The notes under the pieces are model-generated. The model made no database searches, was not told the DNA's origin, and saw only the letters and a program-made list of their open reading frames with translations. From the NCBI GenBank assembly GCA_051859245.1, contig JBHYGA010000001.1, positions 160,001 through 224,000 on the forward strand: a DNA stretch of 64,000 nt, given 5' to 3'. This DNA is from Gemmatimonadaceae bacterium. Its GTDB lineage: Bacteria; Gemmatimonadota; Gemmatimonadetes; Gemmatimonadales; Gemmatimonadaceae. Made by a program: the position numbers and the translations under genes. Positions 10,087-20,859 of this stretch are shown in pieces. The stretch's first letter is position 1. Every line of letters begins with the position of its first letter.

Positions 10087-10635
10087 ATGTCTGCTGTGAA
10101 ATTTGCTGGTCGTACGGCGATTGCTCTCGCCGCACTGTCAATCGCCATGCTGTCGGCGTCATCGCTCGAGGCGCAGGCCGCACCCGCTTCGCCACGCGAT
10201 TCGGTCAAGACCACCATCGCGGGCGCCGCGCTCAAGGTGGACTACGGTCGTCCGTCCAAGCGTGGTCGCGAAGTGTTTGGTGGCCTTGAAAAGTGGGGCA
10301 ATGTGTGGCGCACGGGTGCGAATCAGGCCACGCACTTCACCACCTCCAAGACGCTCAACTTCGGTGCCGCGACCGTTCCCGCCGGCACGTACACGCTGTA
10401 CACGCTGCTCGATCAGGGCGGCAAGTGGCAGCTGATCGTGAACAAGCAGACGGGCCAGTGGGGCACGGTCTATGACGCCAAGCAGGATCTGGTCCGTATT
10501 CCGATGACGGTTGAGCAGACCCCCGCCGTCGTGGAAAAGATGGAGATCACCATCACGCCCGCCGGTGCGGGCGGCGAGCTGGCGATCCTCTGGGACCGCA
10601 CCAAGGCCAAGGCCGCGTTCACGGTGGCCAAGTAA
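10087..10635 (+). CDS. DUF2911-family secreted protein
   Basis: Signal peptide; ASPRD, DYGRPSKRGR..FG, WRTGAN, VPAGTYTLYT and QWG..YD...D..R motifs. Confidence 0.85.
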   Translation: MSAVKFAGRTAIALAALSIAMLSASSLEAQAAPASPRDSVKTTIAGAALKVDYGRPSKRGREVFGGLEKWGNVWRTGANQATHFTTSKTLNFGAATVPAGTYTLYTLLDQGGKWQLIVNKQTGQWGTVYDAKQDLVRIPMTVEQTPAVVEKMEITITPAGAGGELAILWDRTKAKAAFTVAK

Positions 10636-10650
10636 CGCTGGATCCTCTTA

Positions 10651-10686
10651 CTGTCGCTGGCGTGGCGCAAGTCGCGCCAGCGATGG
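10651..10686 (+). terminator. GC-rich hairpin after the DUF2911 gene (terminator or 3' stabiliser, no U-tract)
   Basis: CTGTCGCTGGCGTGGC-GCAA-GTCGCGCCAGCGATGG, a 16-bp stem with G-U pairs and a GNRA loop. Confidence 0.5.
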
Positions 10687-10777
10687 CTGGACGCGGGGCG
10701 TAACATTGGGGTAGGTTGGCCACGGCGACTTTACGAGGTCGCCGCGGCTTCCATCTCGCTCCACTCCCTCCCTGTAA

Positions 10778-12184
10778 ATGCCAGTCCATTCGGTATCCCG
10801 TGGGCTCGACGTTCCCATCGCTGGACCTCCGGCCCAGGTCATTCACGATTCCCGGGCCGTGACCGAAGTTGCAGTACTCCCGGCCGACAGCCGAGGAGTG
10901 CGTCCCCGCTTGCTGGTGCAGGTCGGAGACTCTGTTGAGGCCGGCCAGGCCATCTATCAGGATCGGCGCAATGAGTCGCTGCGGGTGGTCTCACCCGTCG
11001 CGGGTCGAGTCACTGCGGTGCATCGTGGCGCCAGGCGCGTGGTGCAGTCGGTGGTGGTCGCGATGGCGCCGCCCAGCACCGTGGCAGCAAGCGCAACGTC
11101 GAATACGACATCCAACGCGACATCACGCTTTGCGTCATGGTCGCCTCAGGTTGTAGGCAATCGCGCCGCCCTGCGTACACTGCTGCTCGAAAGCGGCCTC
11201 TGGACCGCGTTTCGCACGCGCCCGTTCTCGGAAGTGCCTGCACCTGACGCCGAGCCGCACGCGCTGTTCGTGACCGCGATGGATACGAGTCCGCTGGCGC
11301 CAAACATTGATGTGATCATCGCTGCACGAGCCGACGACTTTAACCGCGGCGTGGAAGCGCTCGTCGCGCTCACCGATGCGCCGGTGTACCTGTGTCGCGC
11401 GAAAGGATCGCGCAGCGGCGACGGGGCGAAGGGCGCGCGAGTGGCCGAGTTTGCGGGCAAGCATCCGAGTGGCACGGTGGGTTATCACATCCATACACTG
11501 GCGCCCGCATCACGCGTTCACGTGTCGTGGCATCTTGGAGCGCAGGATGTGATTCGAATTGGCGCACTGCTGCGAACCGGTGCGTATGATGCGTCGCACG
11601 TGGTCGCGCTCGGCGGTCCGCTGGTCCGCGAGCCGCGATTGCTGCGCACCGTGGTCGGCGCGAACGTGTCACAACTCGTGAAGGGTGAGTTGCTGCGTGG
11701 TGAGCGAAACGGCCACGAGGTGCCGCCGCGTGTGATCAGCGGGTCGGTGCTCACCGGCCGAACGGTTGCTGATGAGATTACCGGATTTCTTGGACGCTTT
11801 GAACAACAGGTGAGTGTGGTACCCGAGGTACAGGAAGGCGACTTTGCCGCCTGGATGCTTCCGGTTTCGCGATCGTACAGTTTTTTGCCGGCCTTTATTC
11901 CGTTGTGGAAGGGGAAAGTAGAACGCGCGTTTGACACGCGGTTGCACGGCGGTCGGCGCGCCATGGTGCCGATTGGTGTGTACGAGCGCGTCTTGCCCAT
12001 GGACCTGATGGCCACGCATTTGCTGCGCGCGCTGGCCGTTGGTGATACCGAACTGTCTGAACAGCTTGGCGCGCTTGAGCTCGATGAAGAAGATCTGGCG
12101 CTGTGTACGTTCGTGTGCCCCAGTAAGTATGAGCATGGCGCGGCGCTTCGCCGCGTGCTCGACCTGATCGCGGCGGAGCGATAG
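10778..12184 (+). CDS. nqrA: Na+-translocating NADH:quinone reductase subunit A
   Basis: GLDVPIAG, LESGLWTAFRTRPFS, FVTAMDTSPLAP and LGALELDEEDLALCTFVCPSKYE motifs; first gene of a complete operon. Confidence 0.95.
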   Translation: MPVHSVSRGLDVPIAGPPAQVIHDSRAVTEVAVLPADSRGVRPRLLVQVGDSVEAGQAIYQDRRNESLRVVSPVAGRVTAVHRGARRVVQSVVVAMAPPSTVAASATSNTTSNATSRFASWSPQVVGNRAALRTLLLESGLWTAFRTRPFSEVPAPDAEPHALFVTAMDTSPLAPNIDVIIAARADDFNRGVEALVALTDAPVYLCRAKGSRSGDGAKGARVAEFAGKHPSGTVGYHIHTLAPASRVHVSWHLGAQDVIRIGALLRTGAYDASHVVALGGPLVREPRLLRTVVGANVSQLVKGELLRGERNGHEVPPRVISGSVLTGRTVADEITGFLGRFEQQVSVVPEVQEGDFAAWMLPVSRSYSFLPAFIPLWKGKVERAFDTRLHGGRRAMVPIGVYERVLPMDLMATHLLRALAVGDTELSEQLGALELDEEDLALCTFVCPSKYEHGAALRRVLDLIAAER

Positions 12185-13402
12185 ATGCGCATTGTCCGAA
12201 AACTGTTTGACGGTCTTGAGCCGCACGTTGCACCGGGCGCGAAGTTCGAAAAACTGTTCCCGTTCTGGGAGGGGATGGAGAGCTTCTTCTTCACGCCGTC
12301 CACGGTCACGACGGGTGGCCCACATGTGCGGGACAAGCTGGATCTCAAGCGCATGATGCTGCTGGTGGTGATCGCGCTGGTGCCGTGCATCATCATGGCG
12401 CTCTACAACACCGGCTATCAGATCCATTACGTGGTGGAGCAGGGTGGCACGTTGCTCGACAGCTGGCAGACGGCGGTGTTCACCGCCACCGGGTTGCCAA
12501 CGTCCACGTCGAGCGTGCTGAGCTGCATGGTGCACGGTGCGCTGTATTTCTTCCCGATTCTGATTGTCACGCTCATTGCCGGCGGCACGGCCGAAGTGGT
12601 TTTCTCGGTGGTGCGTGGCCACGTGATCAGTGAAGGATTTTTCGTGACGGGCACGTTGATTCCGCTTATCCTGCCGCCCACGATTCCGCTCTGGCAGGTG
12701 GCGCTCGGCACGTTGTTTGGCATTGTGATCGGCAAGGAGATTTTCGGCGGTACGGGAATGAACTTTCTCAATCCCGCGCTCACCGCGCGCGCGTTTTTAT
12801 TCTTTGCGTATCCGGCGCAGATCTCAGGCGAAGTGTGGGTGGCCGCGATTCAGCCCGATGGACGATCCGGCGCCACGTGGCTGGCATCGTTCGCGGAAGG
12901 GGCGGGCCATCTGCCCGGCTACACCTGGGTCGATGCGTTTATCGGTCGTATTCCCGGGTCCATGGGCGAAACGTCGGTTCTCGCGATTCTGCTCGGCGCG
13001 GTACTGTTGCTGGTGACGAAAGTGGGTGCGTGGCAAACCATGTTTGGTGTGTTGGTCGGCACATTGTTGACGGCATTCGGACTCAACATGGTCGGGTCGG
13101 ACACCAATCCGATGATGGGTTTGCCACCGCTCTATCATTTACTCATCGGTGGTTGGGCGTTTGGTGCGGTCTTCATGGCTACCGATCCCGTGTCGTCGGC
13201 CTTCACGAGTACAGGAAAGCTCTGGTACGGGTTTGGCATCGGTCTGCTGTGCGTACTGATTCGCGTGGTGAATCCGGCGTATCCGGAAGGCATGATGCTC
13301 GCCATTCTCTTCATGAACATGTTCGCACCGCTGATTGATCACGCGGTTGTGCAGGCCAACATTCGCCGGAGGACACAGCGCTATGGCCAACGCGCGGCGT
13401 GA
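12185..13402 (+). CDS. nqrB: Na+-NQR subunit B
   Basis: HVRDKLDLKRMM, GKEIFGGTGMNFLNPAL, FMN-attachment motif SGAT, FMATDPVS and FAPLIDH. Confidence 0.96.
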   Translation: MRIVRKLFDGLEPHVAPGAKFEKLFPFWEGMESFFFTPSTVTTGGPHVRDKLDLKRMMLLVVIALVPCIIMALYNTGYQIHYVVEQGGTLLDSWQTAVFTATGLPTSTSSVLSCMVHGALYFFPILIVTLIAGGTAEVVFSVVRGHVISEGFFVTGTLIPLILPPTIPLWQVALGTLFGIVIGKEIFGGTGMNFLNPALTARAFLFFAYPAQISGEVWVAAIQPDGRSGATWLASFAEGAGHLPGYTWVDAFIGRIPGSMGETSVLAILLGAVLLLVTKVGAWQTMFGVLVGTLLTAFGLNMVGSDTNPMMGLPPLYHLLIGGWAFGAVFMATDPVSSAFTSTGKLWYGFGIGLLCVLIRVVNPAYPEGMMLAILFMNMFAPLIDHAVVQANIRRRTQRYGQRAA

Positions 13403-14192
13403 TTCCACTGCGTACACGATCGGCTTTGCCGCACTCGTGTGCCTTGTGTGTGCAGTCCCCATCGCGGCCGCCGCGGTGGCGCTCAAGCCGCGTCAGGAGC
13501 TCAACGCGCGCATTGATCGCCTGAGCAAAGTGCTGATGGTGGCAGGTTTGATGACCGCGGATGAGTCGCTCTCCGCCGATGCGGTGGAAGCGCGATTCAA
13601 CGAGAGCGTGGTCACGCGTCCGATTGATTTCCGCACTGGCGCGCCCGATTCGTCGGTGGATCTGAAAACGTACGATGCGCGCCGCGCCGCGCGCGATCCG
13701 GCTACCAGTACTGCCGCCGCGGAGAACGCCGCGCGCGTGCTGCGCGTGCCGAACGTGGGCGTTGTATACGAAGTCATGAAAGACGGCGCATTGCGCGCGA
13801 TCATTTTGCCCATCCAGGGCTACGGGCTATGGTCTACGATGTACGGTTTTCTGGCGCTGGAAGGAGATGCGCGTACGGTCTCCGGCATCACGTTCTATGA
13901 ACACGGCGAGACGGCAGGCCTCGGCGGCGAGATTGAAAACCCCAACTGGCAGGCACGCTGGATTGGGCGCAAAGCCGTGGACGAAGCCGGCACCGTGCAA
14001 CTCGAAGTGATCAAGGGACAGGCGGGGCCACCCGCCGATGATCCGTACCGCGTCGACGGATTGTCCGGGGCCACGATTACGGGACGCGGCGTCTCGGCAA
14101 CACTCGACTTCTGGCTGGGCCCGAACGGGTTTGGCCCCTATCTGGACCGCGTGCGCAGCAACAGCGCGCAGGGAGGCAACCGTGCTCGATAA
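13383..14192 (+). CDS. nqrC: Na+-NQR subunit C
   Basis: N-terminal [24 protein letters not shown] and FMN-attachment motif [12 protein letters not shown] 13383 overlaps the nqrB end. Confidence 0.95.
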   Translation: MANARRDSTAYTIGFAALVCLVCAVPIAAAAVALKPRQELNARIDRLSKVLMVAGLMTADESLSADAVEARFNESVVTRPIDFRTGAPDSSVDLKTYDARRAARDPATSTAAAENAARVLRVPNVGVVYEVMKDGALRAIILPIQGYGLWSTMYGFLALEGDARTVSGITFYEHGETAGLGGEIENPNWQARWIGRKAVDEAGTVQLEVIKGQAGPPADDPYRVDGLSGATITGRGVSATLDFWLGPNGFGPYLDRVRSNSAQGGNRAR

Positions 14193-14862
14193 ACAAACGC
14201 GCAGTGTACTGCTCGATCCGCTGTTTGATGAGAATCCCATTGGCAAACAAGTGCTCGGCATTTGCTCGGCACTCGCGGTCACCACACTGCTCAAACCATC
14301 ACTGGTGATGTGTCTGGCGGTGACGGCGGTGCTCATTGCCAGCAATGTGAGTATCAGCCTGATCCGTTCCTACATTCCGTCGAGCATTCGCATCATTGTG
14401 CAGCTCACGATCATCTCGTCGCTGGTGATCATCTGCGATCAGGTGCTCAAGGCGTTTGCATACGGCGTGTCGCGACAGCTGTCGGTGTTTGTCGGTTTGA
14501 TCATCACCAATTGCATTCTCATGGGGCGCGCCGAAGCGTTCGCCATGCAGAACGGGCCGCGCGCGAGTTTCTTTGACGCGGTCGGCAACGGTGTGGGCTA
14601 CAGCCTGGTGCTGTTAGCGGTGGCGTTCTTCCGCGAACTGTTCGGGTCGGGCAGCGTGTTTGGCGTGACCGTGCTGCCGCTCGTGCGCGACGGTGGCTGG
14701 TATGTCCCAAATGGACTAATGGTTTTGTCACCGGCCGCGTTCTTTTTGATTGGTGGCTTTATCTGGGCGCTTCGAACGTGGAAGCCAAAGCAGATTGAAG
14801 TGGAGCCGGTGGTCGAGATTGAACTTGACCATGGCGCGGCAGTTTCGCGCCACGCGGCCTGA
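14182..14862 (+). CDS. nqrD: Na+-NQR subunit D
   Basis: GTG start after [20 protein letters not shown] and [17 protein letters not shown]. Confidence 0.96.
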   Translation: MLDKQTRSVLLDPLFDENPIGKQVLGICSALAVTTLLKPSLVMCLAVTAVLIASNVSISLIRSYIPSSIRIIVQLTIISSLVIICDQVLKAFAYGVSRQLSVFVGLIITNCILMGRAEAFAMQNGPRASFFDAVGNGVGYSLVLLAVAFFRELFGSGSVFGVTVLPLVRDGGWYVPNGLMVLSPAAFFLIGGFIWALRTWKPKQIEVEPVVEIELDHGAAVSRHAA

Positions 14863-14870
14863 GGCGCGAT

Positions 14871-15488
14871 ATGACCAGTCACTACCTCAGTTTGTTGGTA
14901 CGTTCAATTTTTGTGGAGAACATGGCGCTCGCGTTCTTCCTCGGCATGTGCTCGTTCCTCGCCGTGTCAAAGAAGGTGAGCACCGCGATCGGGCTTGGTT
15001 TTGCCGTGGTGGTAGTGATGGTGATTACGGTACCGCTCAACCAGTTGTTGCTGCATGGTGTGCTGCGCGAGGGAGCGCTCACGTCTCTCCATCCTGCGTT
15101 TGCGACCGTTGACCTGTCCTTTCTCGTCTTTCTCACGTTCATCGGCACCATTGCGGCGTTGACGCAGGTGGTGGAGATGGTGATCGACAAGTTTGCGCCC
15201 GCGCTGTACTCGGCGCTGGGTGTGTTTCTGCCACTCATTGCTGTGAACTGCGCAATCCTTGGCGGCAGCCTGTTTATGTCAGAGCGCGACTACGCATTCG
15301 GCGAGAGCGTGGTGTTTGGACTGGGCTCCGGGCTGGGCTGGATGCTCGCAATCGTCGCGCTCGCAGCCGTACGCGAGAAGTTGCGATACGCAAATCCGCC
15401 GGCAGCACTCCGCGGTCTTGGACTGACTTTTATGGTCTCCGGATTGCTGGCCGTGTGTTTTATGGCGTTCGCCGGCATCCAGCTCTAA
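14871..15488 (+). CDS. nqrE: Na+-NQR subunit E
   Basis: [23 protein letters not shown] and [14 protein letters not shown]; ends in FAGIQL. Confidence 0.96.
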   Translation: MTSHYLSLLVRSIFVENMALAFFLGMCSFLAVSKKVSTAIGLGFAVVVVMVITVPLNQLLLHGVLREGALTSLHPAFATVDLSFLVFLTFIGTIAALTQVVEMVIDKFAPALYSALGVFLPLIAVNCAILGGSLFMSERDYAFGESVVFGLGSGLGWMLAIVALAAVREKLRYANPPAALRGLGLTFMVSGLLAVCFMAFAGIQL

Positions 15489-15501
15489 GGAACGAAAGAA
15501 C

Positions 15502-16725
15502 ATGCTTACGGCTCTCTCCGGAATCGCCGCGTTTCTGCTGCTCGTGCTGGCGTTGGTAGGATTGCTGATGATGGCACGCTCACGCCTCGTCAGCACGGGT
15601 AACGTCACCATCAGCATCAATGATGACGCTGAGCGTTCCATCACCGTACCGAGCGGATCAACGTTGCTCTCGACGCTCGCGAATCAGCAGATTTTCATTC
15701 CGTCGGCGTGCGGTGGTAAAGGCACCTGCGGCGTGTGCAAGGTGGAAGTGCTTGAAGGTGGTGGCGCACTTTTGCCCACCGAGACAAGTCACGTCTCGCC
15801 GGGCGAAGCGCGCCATCACGTGCGTTTGTCCTGTCAGGTGAAGGTCAAGCAGGACATGAAGATTCACGTGGAAGAGGAAATCTTCGGCGTGCGTCGCTGG
15901 AAGTGCCGCGTGCGTTCCAACGAGAACGTGGCCACCTTCATCAAGGAGCTGGTGCTTGAACTGCCCGCTGGCGAAACGGTGCCGTTCCGCGCGGGCGGCT
16001 ATGTGCAGATCGAGTGCCCGCCGCATCTGGTGGAGTACAAGAACATTGAAGTGCCCGAAGAGTACCGCGACGACTGGGAGACGTTCGGCTTGTTCAAGCT
16101 CACGTCCACGAGTACCGAGTCGGTGCAGCGCGCGTACTCCATGGCGAACTATCCGGATGAAGCCGACATCATCATGCTCAATGTGCGCATTGCCACACCG
16201 CCGCCGCGCACGTCGGGGCTGCCGCCGGGCTTGATGTCATCGTACATCTTCAACCTCAAGGCGGGTGACGAAGTCATCATCTCCGGACCGTTCGGCGAGT
16301 TCTTTGCCAAGCCGACCACGAACGAGATGTGCTTTATCGGCGGCGGCGCGGGCATGGCGCCCATGCGTTCGCACATCTTTGACCAGTTCCGCCGGCTGCA
16401 TACCGAGCGCAAGGTCACGTTCTGGTACGGCGCTCGGTCGCTGCGTGAGGCCTTCTACGTAGAAGATTTTGACGCGATCGCGAAAGAGAATCCCAACTTT
16501 ACGTGGCATCTCGCGCTGTCGGAGCCGCGTCCGGAAGACAACTGGACAGGTTACACCGGCTTTATTCACGACGTGCTCTACCGTGAGTATCTGTCCAAAC
16601 ATCCGGCGCCAGAAGACATCGAGTATTATCTGTGCGGCCCGCCCATGATGCTGCAGGCGTGCATGAAAATGCTCGACTCGCTCGGCGTGGATCGCGAGAA
16701 TATTGCGTTCGACGATTTCGGATAA
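15502..16725 (+). CDS. nqrF: Na+-NQR subunit F (2Fe-2S/FAD/NADH)
   Basis: N-terminal [12 protein letters not shown]...[24 protein letters not shown] and YLCGPP; ends in FDDFG. Confidence 0.97.
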   Translation: MLTALSGIAAFLLLVLALVGLLMMARSRLVSTGNVTISINDDAERSITVPSGSTLLSTLANQQIFIPSACGGKGTCGVCKVEVLEGGGALLPTETSHVSPGEARHHVRLSCQVKVKQDMKIHVEEEIFGVRRWKCRVRSNENVATFIKELVLELPAGETVPFRAGGYVQIECPPHLVEYKNIEVPEEYRDDWETFGLFKLTSTSTESVQRAYSMANYPDEADIIMLNVRIATPPPRTSGLPPGLMSSYIFNLKAGDEVIISGPFGEFFAKPTTNEMCFIGGGAGMAPMRSHIFDQFRRLHTERKVTFWYGARSLREAFYVEDFDAIAKENPNFTWHLALSEPRPEDNWTGYTGFIHDVLYREYLSKHPAPEDIEYYLCGPPMMLQACMKMLDSLGVDRENIAFDDFG

Positions 16726-16731
16726 CGCGTC

Positions 16732-17805
16732 ATGATGTCGTCTGGTCGCGAAGGTCAGGCGCGGCCGCGCGGGGCAGTGCGTTGGGTGGCGATGCTGGTG
16801 TTGCTCGGGCTCGCCGCCTACGCGTATCTGCGTCAGCCGCCGAGAGAAACGGGCGCGCGAGAGTTCGGCGGCGCCACGATGGGCACCACATATCGTGTGC
16901 TGTTTGGTCGCACTTCGGATTCCATCAATGTGGACGCGCTGCAGCGAGGCGTGGACTCGGTGTTGCTCGCCGTCAACGCAAGTATGTCTACGTATGACGC
17001 CTCGTCGGAGCTGTCGCGCTTCAACGCGCGCGCTGATACAACGGCGGTGGTGGTTTCCGCGCCGTTAGCCTTAGTGATTTCGCAGGCGCTCGCCGTGTAC
17101 GCTGCGTCGGGCGGAAGTTTTGATGTGACGGTTGGTCCACTTGTAGACGCGTGGGGATTCGGACCGGCAGCGCGCGATACACTCGTACCAACCAATGCCG
17201 AGCTGGATTCGATTGGGCAGTTCGTTGGCTCAGACAAACTGCGATTGCGCGGCACGATGCTCGCCAAGTCCGACGCACGCGTTCGTATTGATCTCTCGGC
17301 GATCGCGAAGGGCTACGGCGTTGACGCCGTGTCCGATTATTTGCTCGGCCGTGGCTACGCGAACCATCTTGTGGAGATCGGCGGCGAACTGCGAGCGCGC
17401 GGCGTGAATGTGCGCGGCGAACCGTTTCGCGTGGGAATCGAGGAGCCGGATCCGGACCGCATTCGCGTTCGTCTGGCGGTCGCGCTAGACAATCGCGCGC
17501 TCGCCTCGTCGGGGAACTATCGTAACTTCTACGAAGTGGGTGGGGTACGATATTCGCACACGCTGGACCCCAGTACGCGCCGACCTACGCAGCACACGTT
17601 GCTGGCCGTGTCTGTAATGCACGCTGAGTGCGCGGTTGCGGATGCATGGGCCACGGCGCTGATGGCAGCTGGGCCAGACCGCGCCTGGGAGCTCGCCGAG
17701 GAGAATGGTCTGGATGTGCTGTTGCTGATTGATGGAGGCGAGGGTCGCGTGACTGAGCGCGCCACGTCAGGTTTCAGTGCGGCGCTGCGCCGCGACGCGT
17801 CATAA
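16732..17805 (+). CDS. apbE: FAD:protein FMN transferase
   Basis: TMGT, GSFDVTVGPLV..WGF, DLSAIAKGYGVD, EIGGE, SSGNYRNF and ADAWATAL; directly after nqrF. Confidence 0.93.
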   Translation: MMSSGREGQARPRGAVRWVAMLVLLGLAAYAYLRQPPRETGAREFGGATMGTTYRVLFGRTSDSINVDALQRGVDSVLLAVNASMSTYDASSELSRFNARADTTAVVVSAPLALVISQALAVYAASGGSFDVTVGPLVDAWGFGPAARDTLVPTNAELDSIGQFVGSDKLRLRGTMLAKSDARVRIDLSAIAKGYGVDAVSDYLLGRGYANHLVEIGGELRARGVNVRGEPFRVGIEEPDPDRIRVRLAVALDNRALASSGNYRNFYEVGGVRYSHTLDPSTRRPTQHTLLAVSVMHAECAVADAWATALMAAGPDRAWELAEENGLDVLLLIDGGEGRVTERATSGFSAALRRDAS

Positions 17806-17818
17806 CCGGGACACGCTC

Positions 17819-18019
17819 ATGATGATGGTGCTGTTGGTCACGATCTCCATAGTCGCGCTGGTGATGGGTGCGATGGCAATCGGCGTGATGATCTCGGGCA
17901 AGCGGCTCAAAGGATCATGCGGCGGCGAAGGCGGTCCGGACTGCGCCTGTGAGCTGGCCGGTCTCAAGCGCACGGCGGGTGCATGTGCCGCGAAGCAGGC
18001 GTCAACGCCGCAGCGCTGA
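17819..18019 (+). CDS. nqrM: Na+-NQR maturation protein NqrM
   Basis: Single TM followed by LKGSCGG and three further Cys; canonical position after apbE. Confidence 0.85.
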   Translation: MMMVLLVTISIVALVMGAMAIGVMISGKRLKGSCGGEGGPDCACELAGLKRTAGACAAKQASTPQR

Positions 18020-18047
18020 CGCCATCACCGTGACGCGACCGTTCGTA

Positions 18048-19538
18048 CTATTGGATCGCGAAGTTCATCATCATGCCATGGTCCTCATGCTCGAGGTTGT
18101 GGCAATGCATCATGTAGCGGCCGCGGTGACTGTCAAACTTTGCGATGACTGATACACGCTCGCCGGGATACACGAGCACGGTGTCCTTCCAGCCGCGCTC
18201 CCACGGAAAGAGCTGGTTGCGTCCGCCCTGACGCGACTCCACCCGAAAATGCACGGCGTGCATATGCACGGGATGCGGAAACGGCGCGTCGTTCACAAAC
18301 ACCCAGCGTTCTGTCGCACCGAACGGCACGTGTTCGTCAATCCGATCCATCTCGAAGGCCTTGCCGTTGATGCTGTGCTGCATCATGGCGCTGCGAAAGC
18401 TGAACACGCGCTCCTTTGACACCGCGTTGGTATCGATCGCCGGAAGCGCCGAAAGTCTGGCCGGGACGCGCGGTGTTTCACGCACGCTCTTCGTAACAAC
18501 GAACTCCAGCAAATCCATGGCCGCGCCCTGTGGCAGCGCCCCACCACCGCCCATGCCGCGACCCATTCCACCGCCCATTCCGGCCATGCCACGGTAGGGG
18601 CTGACGAAGGCGAGTGACCGCAGCGTGACGCGTGTGCCCACTGCGAGCCCCGAAAAGTCGAGCAGCAGATCAGCGCGTTCGCCCGTGCTGAGATCCATGT
18701 GCGGCAACTGAATCGGCGCATCAAGCAACCCACCATCGGTTCCGATCAGCGTGATCGGACGTTCGTTCGACAATCCCAGTCGAAAAATGCGCGCATTCGC
18801 GGCGCCCAATACGCGCACGCGATACATCGCAGAATCCACATTCACACTCGGCGTGCGTACACCGTTGACATACGCGGCGCTGCCGAGCAGGCCTTCCATC
18901 ATGTCGTGACCCATGGTCACGTTGTACGAGATGCGTCCTTGGTCATCGGGCCGTTTGTCCTGCAACACAATGCCGATTTCGCGCGCACCACTCGGCAGGC
19001 CGAGCGCTTCTTCTTCGGCGTCGGTGATAATGAACAGTCCGGCCATGCCGAGGTGAATCTGCGCAGCCGTTCGCATGTGCGGATGTGAGTGATACCAGTA
19101 CGTGCCGGCGCGCTCGTTGAGCGCGAAGTCGTAGCGGTATTCGGCACCGGTGCCAATGGCCAGCCGCGGATGTCCGTCAGATGCTTCGGGTGGACGCAAG
19201 CCGTGCCAGTGCAGAATCGTGGGCTCAGCGAGTTCGTTGCGCAGCACAATCGTGGCGCGTTCACCGGCGCGTGCACGAATGGTGGGAGCGACAGGCCCGT
19301 TGCCGATCGCAAAAATCGGTGAGCTCACGCCAGGTGCAATCTCGGCCGCTGTGGCGCGCGTGGTGAGCGTGAGCGCTTTCGGCGAGACCGTAGGCGGGAC
19401 GTACAGCGGACCACCCGCCGCGCTGCCGGGTGATGGCGTGATCCGCCACGATGAAGGCGACGGTAGAATACCCGACCGGTTCGCAGCCACAGCGCCACCA
19501 ACGAGCGCGGCCGCGCGAAAGAAGTTTCGACGATCCAC
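18048..19538 (-). CDS. Tat-exported multicopper oxidase (CueO-like)
   Basis: DRRNFF twin-arginine signal; HWHG, WYHSH, HPVHMH and HCHNLEHEDHGMM copper motifs; Met/Gly-rich insert. Confidence 0.92.
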   Translation of the reverse strand: MDRRNFFRAAALVGGAVAANRSGILPSPSSWRITPSPGSAAGGPLYVPPTVSPKALTLTTRATAAEIAPGVSSPIFAIGNGPVAPTIRARAGERATIVLRNELAEPTILHWHGLRPPEASDGHPRLAIGTGAEYRYDFALNERAGTYWYHSHPHMRTAAQIHLGMAGLFIITDAEEEALGLPSGAREIGIVLQDKRPDDQGRISYNVTMGHDMMEGLLGSAAYVNGVRTPSVNVDSAMYRVRVLGAANARIFRLGLSNERPITLIGTDGGLLDAPIQLPHMDLSTGERADLLLDFSGLAVGTRVTLRSLAFVSPYRGMAGMGGGMGRGMGGGGALPQGAAMDLLEFVVTKSVRETPRVPARLSALPAIDTNAVSKERVFSFRSAMMQHSINGKAFEMDRIDEHVPFGATERWVFVNDAPFPHPVHMHAVHFRVESRQGGRNQLFPWERGWKDTVLVYPGERVSVIAKFDSHRGRYMMHCHNLEHEDHGMMMNFAIQ

Positions 19539-19615
19539 AAATCACCTGCGGGAAGGCCCGCGATCAGTAGGCAGCACGCCTGCGCTGCGGCGTCGCAGTC
19601 TCTATCCTTGGCAAT

Positions 19616-20767
19616 CTAAGGCATTCGCGACGCGGCAGACACGCTGGGACGGTGCAGTGAATACACCCGCACCGACTGCTCACCGTCCTCCGGCGAGCGT
19701 TCAACGCCCAGCACGTAATCACGCCCAACTTCGTGCACCGTGAGTGCACTTGGCAGCGACAGAGCGGCGACCTGCTCACCGCCCGGTGAGAAGACCAACC
19801 AACTGGCGGCCAGATCGCGCCCACGCGGAAACCGTCGAATCCACACGTGATCTTCCGCGTCCACCAGCATCGCGTCGTACGCGGGCACCGTGGCGGGAAA
19901 CTCAACCGTCGCCCATTCTCGAACCTGACGCTCACGCGCGACACTGTTCAGACCGAGTGTGTCGAACAGCTTGAAGCGTTCAATGTCGGCCGCGGTGGTA
20001 CGCAGATCGGCATCTGAATTGCGGAGGGTGTCAACGACCGCACCGTCGAGCGAAAACACGAGGACGGCGAAACTATCGGCCGTGCCGATGTACGCGCGAT
20101 CACGACCAATTGCGAGCACCGGGTTGCGGCCAAGCGGATGTGGTCCCGAACCGTACTGGTCAACGAGTCGTTCGGAGCCGGGGTGTTCTCCAAGTTCCGT
20201 GCGTGTGCGACCATCGGTGGTGGTGATCCAGTACGGCACCGTCCAGCGCACGCGTCCGATTTTCTCGTCGACGCGTGGCGCCCAGCCGTTGTGTACGAAG
20301 ACATGCTGCGCATTGCAGCGGCTGTCGTACGGCGAGCGTTGGCCATGGATTTCAGTGACTTTGGGCGCGCGCGTTCGCACGCCGTCCAGCGAATACACAA
20401 AGATCGCTTGCTGTTCAATGTCTTCCACGTACAGCGAGTCGCCGCATCGCAGCATCTCCGCCATGTAGCCAAACTCATCCGGGCCGAGTCCTTTGCGACC
20501 CACCGCACGCACGAATGCGCCGTCCGCGCCAAAGTAGCGCAACGAATGCAGGCCGCGATCCGCCACCACGACGGAGCCGTCGTTGAGGCGAGTGGCGCCT
20601 ACCGGATTGGCGAGCATTGGTTCGCCAGTCGGGTCGTCGTCGCGAACGGTGGTGATCGGAACGCTGTCAACGGACCAGCTGGTTGGTGCGACGTCGGCTA
20701 CGTCAGATGTGGACGTGCAGGCGGCAAGCATCACGAGGCCTGCAATCACTATTGGCAGTCGAATCAT
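19616..20767 (-). CDS. Putative 6-bladed beta-propeller lipoprotein
   Basis: Lipobox MLAAC; VVVAD...LRYF..DG.FVRAVGRKG.GP.EF repeat pattern; C-terminal VRVYSL. Confidence 0.65.
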   Translation of the reverse strand: MIRLPIVIAGLVMLAACTSTSDVADVAPTSWSVDSVPITTVRDDDPTGEPMLANPVGATRLNDGSVVVADRGLHSLRYFGADGAFVRAVGRKGLGPDEFGYMAEMLRCGDSLYVEDIEQQAIFVYSLDGVRTRAPKVTEIHGQRSPYDSRCNAQHVFVHNGWAPRVDEKIGRVRWTVPYWITTTDGRTRTELGEHPGSERLVDQYGSGPHPLGRNPVLAIGRDRAYIGTADSFAVLVFSLDGAVVDTLRNSDADLRTTAADIERFKLFDTLGLNSVARERQVREWATVEFPATVPAYDAMLVDAEDHVWIRRFPRGRDLAASWLVFSPGGEQVAALSLPSALTVHEVGRDYVLGVERSPEDGEQSVRVYSLHRPSVSAASRMP

Positions 20768-20824
20768 GCGTCACGGGTGGGAGACAGCGTGTGCGCGAGT
20801 GCGAGTGTCACGCAATCAAGGTAC

Positions 20825-20853
20825 CTGACGGCGCGCCGATCCCGCGATAGCTT
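20825..20853 (+). promoter_or_regulatory. Putative sigma70-type promoter giving a leaderless transcript
   Basis: CTGACG-N17-TAGCTT-N6-ATG(20860); no SD sequence. Confidence 0.5.
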
Positions 20854-20859
20854 GGCAGC

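Noticed and set aside
10778..16725. Rnf complex instead of Nqr
   Set aside because: NqrA lacks 4Fe-4S ferredoxin motifs, NqrF and NqrM are present, and the order is ABCDEF.
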